From assembly GCA_001938485.1 (NCBI GenBank), contig MQRK01218133.1:1-63104 (forward strand): DNA of 63,104 nucleotides, given 5' to 3'. A program made the position numbers and the translations under genes. The notes under the pieces are model-generated. The model was not told the origin of the DNA, searched no databases, and was given only the letters and a program-made list of their open reading frames with translations. The stretch comes from Girardia tigrina. Lineage: Eukaryota. This document shows positions 40,601 through 53,116 of this stretch, piece by piece. Every line of letters begins with the position of its first letter. Position 1 is the stretch's first letter.

Positions 40601-41771
40601 TTTTCTAAGAAATATAACATAAATTTGGCTGAAATGAACTTTTTTGGCCAAATGTACTTTGTTTGAAGATATAAAGCTGATAAATTCTACCTAGGGTAAA
40701 AATCAAGGCTTTTTCTGAAAAACATTTTTTTTCATTATTTAAATAATTATTATTTTTCTCTTTAAATAACTTAAGGCATTGAGAATATTGAGTACTGAGA
40801 CAAAAGAAATGCACCTGCAATTGTTACAAGTTAATGCGACTCAAATTCTCATTGTTAATCCTTCGTTTTATTGCAAATATTGTTGAAGTTTTCAGAATAA
40901 GAAATGTCATTTAAAATCAACTGCCATCTACAAAATGAAAAACTTCCTGTCGATTCTTTTCTACTTAAAGATTATCAGTTATTCAACAGTAATAAACCTT
41001 GATTGAACTGAGAGAAAGAATGTTTGAATACTAGATTTAATATTTAATATGATCACAATGACATTGAATAACATAATATTTGGATGATCAGTGATCATTA
41101 ATCACTACAGACTTAAGTTGTACGAACGCGAAAACATGAAAACAAAAATATATTTTAGATAAATGTGACTATGTACCAAATTATAATATTATTTATGGTC
41201 CCACCAATAACATGTGAATATTCTACCCAGATATAAACTCAGATAATTGTTTAAAATCAAAAATCTATTTCGCTAATTTACTCTATCATAATATTTTTTT
41301 ATGAAAATAATTCACATTTTGATCTTTTTACATCTATAGACATTAAATTTAAGATATTTAATCTCAATATAAAATATCTAACGTAAAAGTATTTGATGTT
41401 TGAGTAATTAAAATTCAAATTGTATAAAAATTTTTTTCTCATTGTTTAAGAAATCTCTATTAATTAAGAATTAATTACTAATTTAAATCTCTATTAATTA
41501 AGAATTTTTTATTTATTATTTAATGTACATTAAGTTAATTTTAAAAATGTATATAAAGAATGGTCCAATTGGAACAAAATCAGCGATTTCTACGAAAATT
41601 GAACGTTTAAAATAAAGGAAGGCGAAAATACCGAAGAGAAATATTTTAAAGTGTCTCTCCATATAAATATTTCGTACCAACAATTTATAATTGTGAGGAA
41701 TATTTGGTGTGTTGATGTTTTTGTGTAGTTTTTGTATGTTTAAATGTTGTATGTTGATTTGGGATTGTGCC

Positions 41772-42250
41772 TCTCCTAACCAGATGGATTGTCAATATTT
41801 AATTTTTATAATCTGAAACTAATTTATTTAAAGTTAGATTTATTATTCAAATTTTTAGTTTTTATTATTGTACTTTTTAAATAATTTTAATGATTTTATT
41901 TTTGTAAATTTTTAAATAATTAAAATCAAATTAATGTTTAAAAATATACTATAAAAATATTTTATTTCAGCCAATAAAATTTAAAGTAAATATTTTTAAA
42001 TAAAATATTTTTCTCAAGTTAGTTCAGATTATGATGAGAGATATTGAAAAATTGATTGATGGAATCTAGTGAAAGCCTTACTGTTGATCATCATAAAGAT
42101 GATAAAAATTGTGAATATAATAAATGTTCTGACAAATGTGTGAGTTCTCTTAACAATAATAATACTTATTATTTCACATTTTTTTATAAAACTAATGGTT
42201 TAAAGCAAATAGAAAAGCAGTTACTTACAAAAATAAAAAAAAATATTTAA
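41772..42250 (+). other. Micro-ORF family A cassette (motif + 63-aa ORF at 42059)
   Basis: TCTCCTAACCAGATGG at 41772-41787; MESSESLTVDHHKDDKNCEYNKCSDKCVSSLNN... Confidence 0.5.
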
Positions 42251-44400
42251 ACAAAAAATTGATGAATTGATTTTATTCATTTTCAATAAATTTTATTAAA
42301 AATAAAATATTTCATATTTTCGTAATTTATTGAGTAGCTTGATTTATATTCATTTTAACAATTAGTTTTACAAAAAAAACTTTATTTACCAATCAATCTC
42401 TATTGATCGATACAACATTGGACTGGAAATTCGGATTTACATAAGAAAAATAATGACCTAATGATGACCGTTGTACCCTCGAAAGTAATAATAATATAAA
42501 TATAATTTAATATAATATAATGTAAATATTATAAATTTTATAATCGTCTTATATTATTTTCTGTCGAAAAAATTTGATATTTTGTCCATTAAACATTAAA
42601 AATACTGTAACATCTTTGGAAAGTGTTTCCGATTGTGAGATCAGTTAACACGATGTAACTCATTTCATCATTATAAAGGTTCAATTTCCTTTACTTTTTC
42701 GAATTTCCAATGCTAAATAATAAATCATTTGATATTTGATTCAAGTATATGTCGTAATCACTTATACAACATCATAAGATTTAACTTACTGCATGTTATA
42801 AGTCTATATACGGCACTATACGGCAAATATGGCCATGTTATATTCAATTAATACTAATATTTGTACTTTAATTGAGATAATTCTGTTTTCTGATACCTTT
42901 TAAAACTTATATACAAAACATGAATGAACAATTGCTCGAAAATTAAACGAAATGCAATTAATAATATTAATTATTATTAATTATTAGTATTTTTATCGGA
43001 AATTGTTTTAGAATATTTTTAATATAATAAATATTTTACCCTTATAAACAGACCACAGAAAAACATCAAAAACAAATCTTTATTAAAAACTTATATTCTA
43101 AGTTTAGTTTATTTTAAAGTAATTAACATGTTATAAATAGAGACAAATAATATTTTTTGCTTATATCTTTTTTTTCATGAGATTGTATATAAAAGAGTGA
43201 AAATATTAACGATTATCCTGAGATCCATTATCAACAAAACTGAGTGAATAATTTGTGTACAACGTCTAAAGTTCATCATGCACGTTAACGTGATAAAAGT
43301 ATTTAGCAATACAAAAGATATTAGTATAAAGTACTATGACTAGGATTGTATTGTTATTAGTAATAATAATATATAATAATATTATATTTGTGGTACTTAG
43401 GTAGTTATGTCAGATCCTAATCTAAAACGTTTACAATACTTAAGAGAAGTTTTGTTCTTGGTGAGTAAATATAACAAGAGATAATAATTATAAAATTTAA
43501 GAAACACCACTGTTCCGCATTATCACCCAATCACTGATTCTGGGCCTTACGAGGACCATTTCTCGGTCTATATGTGGAACGAGGATTGCTCGAGGTGCAT
43601 ATTTGGTTACAGCACTACTCGGCTTACAGATAAATGATTTCATACAAATTAATTTCACAAAAAACAATTGATTATGTTTTATTTCTTTTTTTTTAAATGC
43701 GGTGATTCCACTTTACAACATTTCATTAAAACAATTAAAATTGTTTTCTTTTTAACTTTTAAAAAAAAATTAACATTTTTTGTAACAATTATTAGTACAT
43801 TTTATTAACAAAATTCTATTTATTTCTTTGATAAGCAACACAGACTTTATCCAATGTCATGGATTTTTAATTTAAATATTAAATATTAATTTTACTTATT
43901 TATTTTTAAATTACTCATTTTAAAATTTTATTACAACACAAAATTTAATTAATTTAATTAACTTCAGTATGCCTAAGATTCGGTCAATCATCCTCACATT
44001 TTCTCCTATCATTTTTGTTGGGAGCGTTGTTGAGTTCATAAATTTTTTTTGAATTTACATTCTTATCAAATTAATAATTAAACAATTACATTCCGTAAAA
44101 TATTGTTATAGATATCTTAAAATAAGATTTTCAGAAATTTAATGTAAAAATTTATTTATGTAATAAATAAAATAACTTTTATGGCACGTTTATTAAAAGA
44201 TTTTTGCATAGATTTATTATAAAGTAAAAAAAAGTTAATTTCAATTTTGATGAAAATATTTAATTGAAATAAAATCAAAAATAATATAAAGTTTAATATT
44301 TTATTTGTGAAATGAAAATAAACTAAACTATTTTTTGGTAAATAAATTGAAATAAAATTGGCAAGTTATTAAAATCAAAACTTGAAAGCCAATTAAAAAC

Positions 44401-44439
44401 GTTTATTAATTTCGACGGTTTAACCGTCATCGTCAGAAC
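44401..44439 (-). ncRNA. Minimal type I hammerhead ribozyme
   Basis: GTT-CTGACGA-T-GACGG-TTAAA-CCGTC-GAAA-TTAA-TA-AAC. Confidence 0.8.
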
Positions 44440-45299
44440 AAATGATTTTTCAAACGAAATTTACTTATATAGTGCAGTTAATGATTATGTAATAAATACG
44501 TAATCAATACATCATTTAAAAACTCTCAACAAAGTTGTAGAGAGTGCAATTTGAACGTTAATTTTAGGATCCAAAGATCTAATATATAACGCTTCACATG
44601 TCACTCTCTCCCAATAATTTTTAAATTGAGTGCACAGAATTTTAAAATGTTGTGAATTTATATCTCCTTTACAATGTCTTCGATGTCCTGCAATGTTACT
44701 TCCACCTTCATTGCGACTGTGTTCCTGGATTGTCTTACAGAGATGACGTGAAGTCTCTCCAATGTATGTGGCGTTACATCCATTACATGTATATTGGTAA
44801 ATGAGATCCGAACACAATACCAATGGCGTTGGAGATTTATTGCCGAACATGCTTTCAATTTTCTGGGTACGGGATATTACTTTTAAACTTATTGCATTAT
44901 CTAACGCTTTCAAAATAGAATTTTTAAATATTTTAAACTCCTCTGAATATGGCACAGTTAACACATAACCAATTCCCAAACTTTTATCATTAGTGTTGCA
45001 AGATTGCTCTTGATCTTGAACATCTAAAAATTTAGCATTACTTTTTTTGTCAATTAATGTATCAATAGTTTCCTTTGTTAATTTCTCTACTATCGATTTT
45101 GAATATCCGTTATCATATAATAATTTGTTTAATTTATAAAGACTGTCATTACATCTTTAAATTTTTGGATCCTAAAATTAACGTTCAAACTGCACTCTCT
45201 ACAACTTTGTTGAGAGTTTTTTAATGATGTACTGATTATGTATTGATTGCATAATCATTAACTGTACTATATAAGTAAATTTCGTTTTAAAAATCATTT

Positions 45300-45338
45300 G
45301 TTCTGACGATGACGGTTAAACCGTCGAAATTAATAAAC
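45300..45338 (+). ncRNA. Minimal type I hammerhead ribozyme (inverted pLTR copy)
   Basis: Identical core on the plus strand. Confidence 0.8.
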
Positions 45339-47081
45339 GTTTTCAATTGGCTTTCAAGTTTTTATTTTTTGGTAACTTTTCTTTTACACGATTAAATCGA
45401 AGCACATTAAAATGTAATTATAATTTTAATTTTGGAAAATGTAATTGGAATAAAAATATAATTGTTAAACAATTAAATCGACTTAATGAAAATGCGATTT
45501 TAATTTTATTTTGGAAAACGTAATTATTAATGGAAATATAATTTTATTTTTATGTTAAAAAGGGGTAGTTTAAAAGTTGTTAAATTAAACGAAATTGCGA
45601 TTTCAAATTCTATTTTCAAAACGTTATTTTAATAAATCTAAAAGTAATATTTAAAACTATTATGAAAACGAAATGAAAAATGCTATTGTATAGAATTGGG
45701 AAATTTAATTGAGAAACAGGTAAATTTCAAGGTACAATAAAATTGAAATTTAATAAAAGATGCAACAAAATCTTTTAATAAATTCACATTATAATTTTTT
45801 ATTAAAAAAAGTATAGAATTTTAATTCGTAATAAATACAATGACCATATTTATATTTATATCAATTCTTATTTAAAATGGTTTGTGTAAAAAGAAAGTGC
45901 AAAAATTCCTCGAAATTATTTGTTTAAAATAACTTAAATTGTGGTAGAAATAAAGTTTTGCGTTATTACATCTTTTTTTTGATCAAGAACCAAATAATTT
46001 AAAAATTTTTTTGACAATGTTAAAATAGTCAGTAGCATCCAAATGGAGAGATTTGATTACTGTAAAATGAAGAACTGAATGTAAAATGAAATCTAGTTAT
46101 AGTTATCTATTCAAATGACATGGTTTCAAAACTCGTATATTGGATAGGGGGACCAGTTACATGAGTAGCCTGGGTCAAAAAATTCATTGATTAAAATCCA
46201 GAATTGGAAGAATATGATTGCATCAATTTTTTATATTTTTCAAATACATTTGTTTAACAAAATAAAACTTTAAAATAATTTATAACTTTGTAATCATATT
46301 CTAAAAAAGAAGTAACTTTTTTGTTTAAAATTGTTTTTATAGATTAATTATTTTATTTTATAAAAAAAATTTATTAAAAACGTAGTGATAATATTAAGAC
46401 ATAATTTAAATAAAAGATCAAAATGATGGATTAATCACAACAAATTAGATTTGAAAACTTCTAAGAATTGTTACTCTAGGGTAATTATATATTATATATT
46501 AACTTTTTAATCTTATGTTTCTTTGATCCCCAGAAAATTGTTCATTATTGATATTTCCTAAAGGAATGGTAACTTTACATGCTAATATAGTTACAATAAG
46601 TTTTAATAATGGAAAATCAATATCTTTTTTCAATATATTTATGTTCCTAGAATTATTTTTAGCTGTCAAAAATTGCTTGATCATCTTTGATCTTCCTGGA
46701 TTGTATTTATATCTTTATTCTCTTAAAAATTAAAAACAAATGGTAAAATTTTCAAACAAAAATCTGTGCACCATTCTTAAGAATTTATAACCACAAAGTA
46801 ATTACTTTTAGCTTATTAACTATCATTATAATGATAAAAATGAAAGCGACAACCATCTAATCCTCGTATAATATTCTTTTTCAATAGGAAAATTTGTTTA
46901 TCTATTTTTTTAGTTAAAGAAATCCTATTATATAAAAAATGGCAAAATGTTTTTAAAATTTTAATTGAAAATTTTAGGATTAGAAAATAAATCTTAAATT
47001 AAATAAATAAATTCATTAATAAATATTCTCTTTTAAATTAAATATATTAAAAAGTAACATCATAACTAACAAATATATTTG

Positions 47082-47111
47082 CTGATGATGGAAGAATTTC
47101 CGAAACATGTA
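47082..47111 (+). ncRNA. Hammerhead-like core (solo pLTR remnant, weak stem I)
   Basis: CTGATGA-T-GGAA-GAAT-TTCC-GAAA-CATG-TA. Confidence 0.55.
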
Positions 47112-47308
47112 ATAGTATGAATTATTATTACATGAACTCATTATAAAAATTAAATGTTTTTGTGACTCAAAATAATTGAATATTTAAATAAATATAATAA
47201 TTCTGTTATCATTTATTTCATTTTTGTCTCTGGGAAAGTCACAATCATCAATTTTTATAAAAAAAGATTTAAGAAAAATATTTTTCAAAAATATTAAATC
47301 ACGAGACT

Positions 47309-47341
<33 letters not shown>

Positions 47342-49444
47342 CTACGGTCTTTTAATTATTATTTGTTTTGTCTAATGATGGTGTGATCATTTACTCATTT
47401 ACCAGTCGCTGCAGGATACAGCAAAATAGGAAAATCAGATCGAATTTCTTGTGGCAAGTCTCCATTAAGCGAGAGAGACACCTGCGGTATGCGGCAATCA
47501 GATCGTCGATTTGTGGCTCGTAAATACTGAAATAACTGCATCGGGAGAGCCTAGTTTTTCTCGAGACATGTCGAATTTGTTATTCAAATCGCTGATTCGT
47601 TTAATCTCGATAAAACTCCAAAGAAAAAAATGATAAAGAAAAAAGAAAATGATAAGTAAAGGCAATTTCGATCGATTATTTATTCATTTCAAATTTTCAA
47701 CCTTCAATATCATCTGATCTATTTAAACAAATTCTTTTTACATTTTTTTCGCATTAATCTTTTTTAAAAAAAAGCCATTAAATTAATTTCCAACTAAATT
47801 TTTACAAATTTTTAATTGTAAAACTACAAACATAAAAACAATTAGAATCCCAAAAAAGTTTTGGTTCTTAATTTTTACAAGTCGAATGAGAAAAAGAGAA
47901 CATTGGATCCATTAAATATATTCATATATATACATATCGATATAGATAATTAATTGGTATTAACAATATAGTAACGATATTTGAATCCCGAACACTCGGT
48001 TTCTTGTATATTCTTCTAAAATTTCAGGGAAATACAAAAATTAAACTTTTCCAATCATTTCTAAATATTCGAAAGTCATAAATATTTTAAATCTGACTAA
48101 ATATAAAATTTAAATTAAAAAATTTTTAATACATAAAGATATAAAACATGAATAAAGTTTTATGATTTTGTCATAAAACAAAGCCGTCTCGATTATTTTA
48201 TATTTCGAATTTATGATCTGATTTTTATTTATTATAATTCTAAACAAATTATTTAAGCACGAAATTTATCCAGATTACTTAATACAATTTAAACGTTTAA
48301 TTATAAATAAAGAATATTTTGAGTTTTGAAATTAAACTGTGATATTTTACTGATTTTGAAAAGGGACTACAAATAAAATTGTTAGGATTTTGTTCATACG
48401 AAAAGTTTTGAACTTTATAATTTAAAATTATAAATTTAAAAAATTTTAAAACTCAAAAATTTAGAAATCGTAAATTTCAATTTTCAATATAATTTTAAAA
48501 TAAATTAAAATTCTGATATAATTATATCTATATTATACTATATTTATTTCAATTTTTGTGAATAAAAAATAATGTTCCTCAAGAATTTGTTAAAAAATTC
48601 AGAAATTTGTATTGAAATAAAATTTTAAAAATATGTCTTATTTTCAGTTTTATTCTAATACAACTTCGTCAAATATGTCCAAACACTAACTTCTGCCGCA
48701 TGGCGTGACATTTTTGTGCTGGTCCCTTGTTATTTCGAGTTCTTTCAGATACTTGATTTGGTATTCTTTCATGCACAGAATGATTTTCGTTTCAAAAGTG
48801 TAATTTTCTTATTTTACTGATTTTAGAAGATGATATACAGAGATCGAGCGATTTTTTCATGATGAATGAACGAAATCGTTGATAAATCGCAATTAAAAAC
48901 AATGTCCAACATAATTCGTTCGGCAATCGATTGTTTTTGTTGTCGATAAATTTCAATAAACCGATTTGATTATGCTGAAATTTAAAAGTTTCGCGTCAAT
49001 TTTACATTCTCTTATGAAAAATTATTTATTTAAAAATTTTCAGAACGAAAAATTCGATTTCATCCGAACGATTTTCGTTAATTAATTTAAATAAATACTA
49101 ACTGAAACTCGATTCGGAGATATATTTCGTAATGTTTTCCGAAGAAGTGTTTTTACATCTTTGAAAACCGATTCGAGAAATTAGATTGCTAATTCTTTGT
49201 CGATAATTAATTTAATCGATTGTAAGTCGAATATCGGATTTTGCGAAACAAAGTAACAACTGATAACACAATTTTATTTTTAAAAGAATTTTCACAAAGT
49301 ATTCAGTTAATTTATCAAAATTAAAAAACTGACCCCATAATGTTTTTTCATATTATTTAAACAACGATGTTTAGAAATTTCCAGATCAAAAATAACATTT
49401 TTTTACACATAATTGTTTTACAAGAACACTAATTTTTACAAAAG

Positions 49445-49494
<50 letters not shown>

Positions 49495-50039
49495 TATAAA
49501 TTTATTATTCATTAGAATTGAATAACATTTGGAATTGAAATAAAATTTGGAATTGAAATTCATTGAAATTGTAATATAATATTCTTGAATCGGTAATCAA
49601 TTAAAAAGTCGAATGCGGTAATTAATTATGTATTTAATTTTATTCTTTTAAACAATCTTAACTTTTTTTAAATAACAATTGTACAATTATAAATTATAGC
49701 AATCATTCACTAACAAAAATAATCATTACAATTTTTTTACATATTTTTTAATTATAAAAATATATTTACATTTATATAAAAATATTTTAATTCAAAGAAC
49801 ACACAAAAATATGTATGTTAAATTTCATTTTTTAATATAAAAAATGTGTATATTTTTTCTTATCAATCTGGAACACTACCAAACAAATTAAAAAAAAATA
49901 ATAAAAATATAGTATATGCAGTTTGTTTAAAGAGTGCTTGGTGTTCCAATGTTAATTTAGTTTTCAGTGCCTTCTTTATCTTTTATATTTTAATTTTTAC
50001 TATAAGTTTATATAATAATTGAGCAAATATTCAAGGAAA

Positions 50040-50270
50040 ATCTTACATAAAATCAATTTTATTGAAATTAAATAGGAAATTACTGAGAGAAAATGTTGCA
50101 TGAAACAGTAATGCTAAAATCTTATGCTCCTAAAATCAATTCTCAAATTCCATCTTTAACTTTGTTTACAGTGATGATTACATGTACATAATGATTATAT
50201 GAACATTACTTTGGTATTTAAATGCTAATATATCATTAATTATTTTATCTGAAGATGACGGTTAATTTTA
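50040..50270 (+). mobile_element. Decayed Penelope-like 3' end
   Basis: NY*EKMLHETVMLKSYAPKINSQI, followed by a truncated CTGAAGATGACGGTTAA. Confidence 0.55.
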
Positions 50271-52163
50271 ATGAGCTGAATTTATCTTTTTTTAAATAAA
50301 TATTTAAAGTTTCCATATTTAAAGAAGTATAAAATTGTTTTCGAAATTATATATCAGTTGCCACAAGCTTATTTACTTCTGGTTGAGTTTTTCCTTCAGA
50401 AAAACGAAATAAATGATAAAATTATTATATTTATTTGAATATTCAATTATTTTGAGTCACAAAATTATTCTTTGTAAGATCTTATGGAAACATTTTTATG
50501 GTTATCATATCTTTTGATTGTATATTTGCCAATTTTGCAATGACATTTTGATTTTTTTTAAAACGAAATATGAATGGTTTTTAGACTAATATTTTAATAT
50601 TTAAATATAATAGTTTTTGTATTAGAAAAAAGTTAAGTAGAAATAATAAGTAGAAATAATAATCAGAAAAAAATTTAAATTAGAAAAAAATAAAGAATAA
50701 ATAAACAAAAGAAGCCTTTTATTACAATCTAGCGTTTATGCCACTTTCATTATTATCATATTCTAGAGCCATCATTTAACACCACAAAAATTTATTAATA
50801 TAACAATTCACATTTCTAAAACAAATTTTCCTGTTAATTTAATTTAATTATCTCGACCCAAATTAATCTATTAATTTTTTTTGATTTAATTTTTAAAACC
50901 CTGATAATTTATTTCGAAAATTTATTTCAAAAAATTATTTAAACTTTATTTTCAAAATCAATTTTTAAAATTTCTTATTAAAAACATTTTTATTNNNNNN
51001 NNNNNNNNNNNNNNNNNNNNNNNNNNNNNNNNNNNNNNNNNNNNAATTTTTAATTTTTAAAAATATTTAATAGCAAATTAACATAAAAATATTTAACCCT
51101 TTAAATTAAAAAAATAATAAACTATTCAGGCGAGATAAAAATTTAAAATTAACTCCTCATAATCAACATAAATTTAACTTGATATAACAAAATCGTAACT
51201 AAAGGTAACATAACAAAATAATACTTGTTTCATCATCGAAAATTATTAGAGCAAGCATTGGTCGCGTTGCGATTCCATTTAACACTTTCTTGAGTCCAAT
51301 TTAAATTAAAAGTTAAATAAATATTTTTAAATCATTAAATTAAAAAAAATGAACAAGTAATTTAAATCAATAAAAAAATTAATTAAATTAAATATATTGT
51401 ATATTGAAGTATATATGGTTATATATATATAATCATAACGTTCATAAGGTTTTGTGATGATTGACGCCAATTTGATCTTTTCAGTTTATTCACTCCGAAA
51501 CTCTTCATAATCTCATCCAAAATTTCATCTTGCACAACATTGCACCACACGGAGTGGTGTCGCTTATTCGTCTCAATCTTATCTGCCTCTGTCTACGGGC
51601 TCGTCTTTCAAAAACTAATTATTTTTCACTTCGATTTCGATTTCAGTGATAGAAATTTTCGTCTTTTATATCGATAATTTGTGTGGAAAAATTATCAAAA
51701 TTAAATTGATCAGGTTGAATTTTTCGAATTAATATTCGACAGGAATTTATTTGAATTGTCAGTGTTTAGTAGTGAACAATTCACTAAGATTAAACAAAAT
51801 TTTCGAATTTTTGTTCTTTGTTTGTGATTTGTAATTTTTTCATTTAAATGGATCAATCACAGCTTTAATAGAGTTGTGCGTATGTGTGTCTATTGTGCAT
51901 ATGTGTATTTAGTTGGTTAATTGTGTGGTTTTTGGAGGGAAAATGTAAATTGTGTGTGATTGTATGCGTGTTAAAAAAATGCTTGTGTGATCACAATTAA
52001 CAATTTTTTTCTCGCAATTAATTATAATTCATTTATGATCGATTTAAAAAAAGCGTTGTATTAAAAAAGGAAATAAATAAAGTGTTTTCTCGACTTCCAA
52101 AAGTTATCTTTAATTTAAATTTGGAATTTCAAAACTTATTGAAAGTAAATTTCAAGTTATTAA

Positions 52164-53116
52164 ATGAAAAATGACAAATAAAAAACAAGTTTTGAAATAG
52201 ATTCAAATAACGAAAATTTAATAAATAGTGATGATGATTCAAATTTTGAATTAAATTTAGAAAATCAGCGTAAAGTTGTTAAAAAGATGCTTGGATCGCG
52301 AATTGTCAGCGTTTCCGACATATTATATATAACATTGAAAGGCTCAGAAATAGAATTTGATGAATACTATCTAAAAGATCGCAGATTTTTATACATTTAT
52401 TGCGAGTGGAAATCTGCTGAAGCCGTTTCAGATAAAAAATTTTCATCAAAATTAAAACGATATAAGAATATGAAAATTAACAGTGTTGATGAAACAGATG
52501 AATGTCTCTTCAATCCTGATTATGTAGAAATCGATAGAGTTCTTGCTTGTAAGTGAATAGAGTCATTGCAAATGGATAATTCAAAAATCGAAGAATTAAA
52601 GCTCCATGAATCGTTGGAAAGTTCTCCAATCAAAGTCATGTCTTACAATTCGAATCGATTGATCAATTCGTCTCCAAGTTGTACAGTTCTGGAAGTATTT
52701 GATGAAAATAAAGAGAATTCAGAGGTGGCTCGACATTCAAAAAAGGTCAAACAGAAAATATTCGTTCAGTCAAGATATATGAGCAATGTCGACGAAAAGA
52801 AAGTCAATACCGCTACTTTAAACTCTATCGTTGTAGCCAAAAAACTGCAAAATAAAAAGTCTATGCAGACTTTAGGAAAAACATATGTCTTTGGTATGGA
52901 AAAGGTTCGACAACTAATATTCAAAAGTTTACAGATTTCAAGGAGACTAAAAATGGCGATATTGATATCGTGAAGTTCTTTTCGAATTTGAATAAGGCTG
53001 TACTTAAAATGGATAATTTGATGAAAACACAGTTTGAAAATTTGAAGAAACTGAACTTCAATATGAAATCAAATAAACATATCTCATCTTCCTCTGAAAT
53101 ACAACAAGCATTATGA
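52164..53116 (+). pseudogene. CHD6-9/Kismet-type chromodomain-derived gene, disrupted
   Basis: VVKKMLGSR..EFDEYYLKDRRFLYIYCEW..KLKRYK..LFNPDYVEIDRVL matches chromodomain 1 and linker of CHD7/8/9. In-frame TAA (52179) and TGA (52554), a probable frameshift near 52900, and no helicase sequence. Confidence 0.7.

Larger units (their letters stand above)
44377..45362 (-). mobile_element. 5'-truncated Penelope-like retroelement with inverted pLTR
   Basis: GIY-YIG ORF (LIYQYTCNGCNATYIGETSRHL..QEH..FKIL..EALYIRSLDPKINVQ) and RT-thumb linker (DNGYSKS). Inverted repeat of about 200 bp at 44377-44575 / 45163-45362. Confidence 0.9.

Noticed and set aside
49447-49490. (TA)n tracts here and near 13762, 17583, 20324, 47314 and 55399
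   Set aside because: Ordinary microsatellites.
52164-52973. Alternative genetic code or readthrough explaining the in-frame stops
   Set aside because: Both TAA and TGA interrupt and a frameshift is also needed. DUSP19 ends normally at TGA, so pseudogenisation is simpler.
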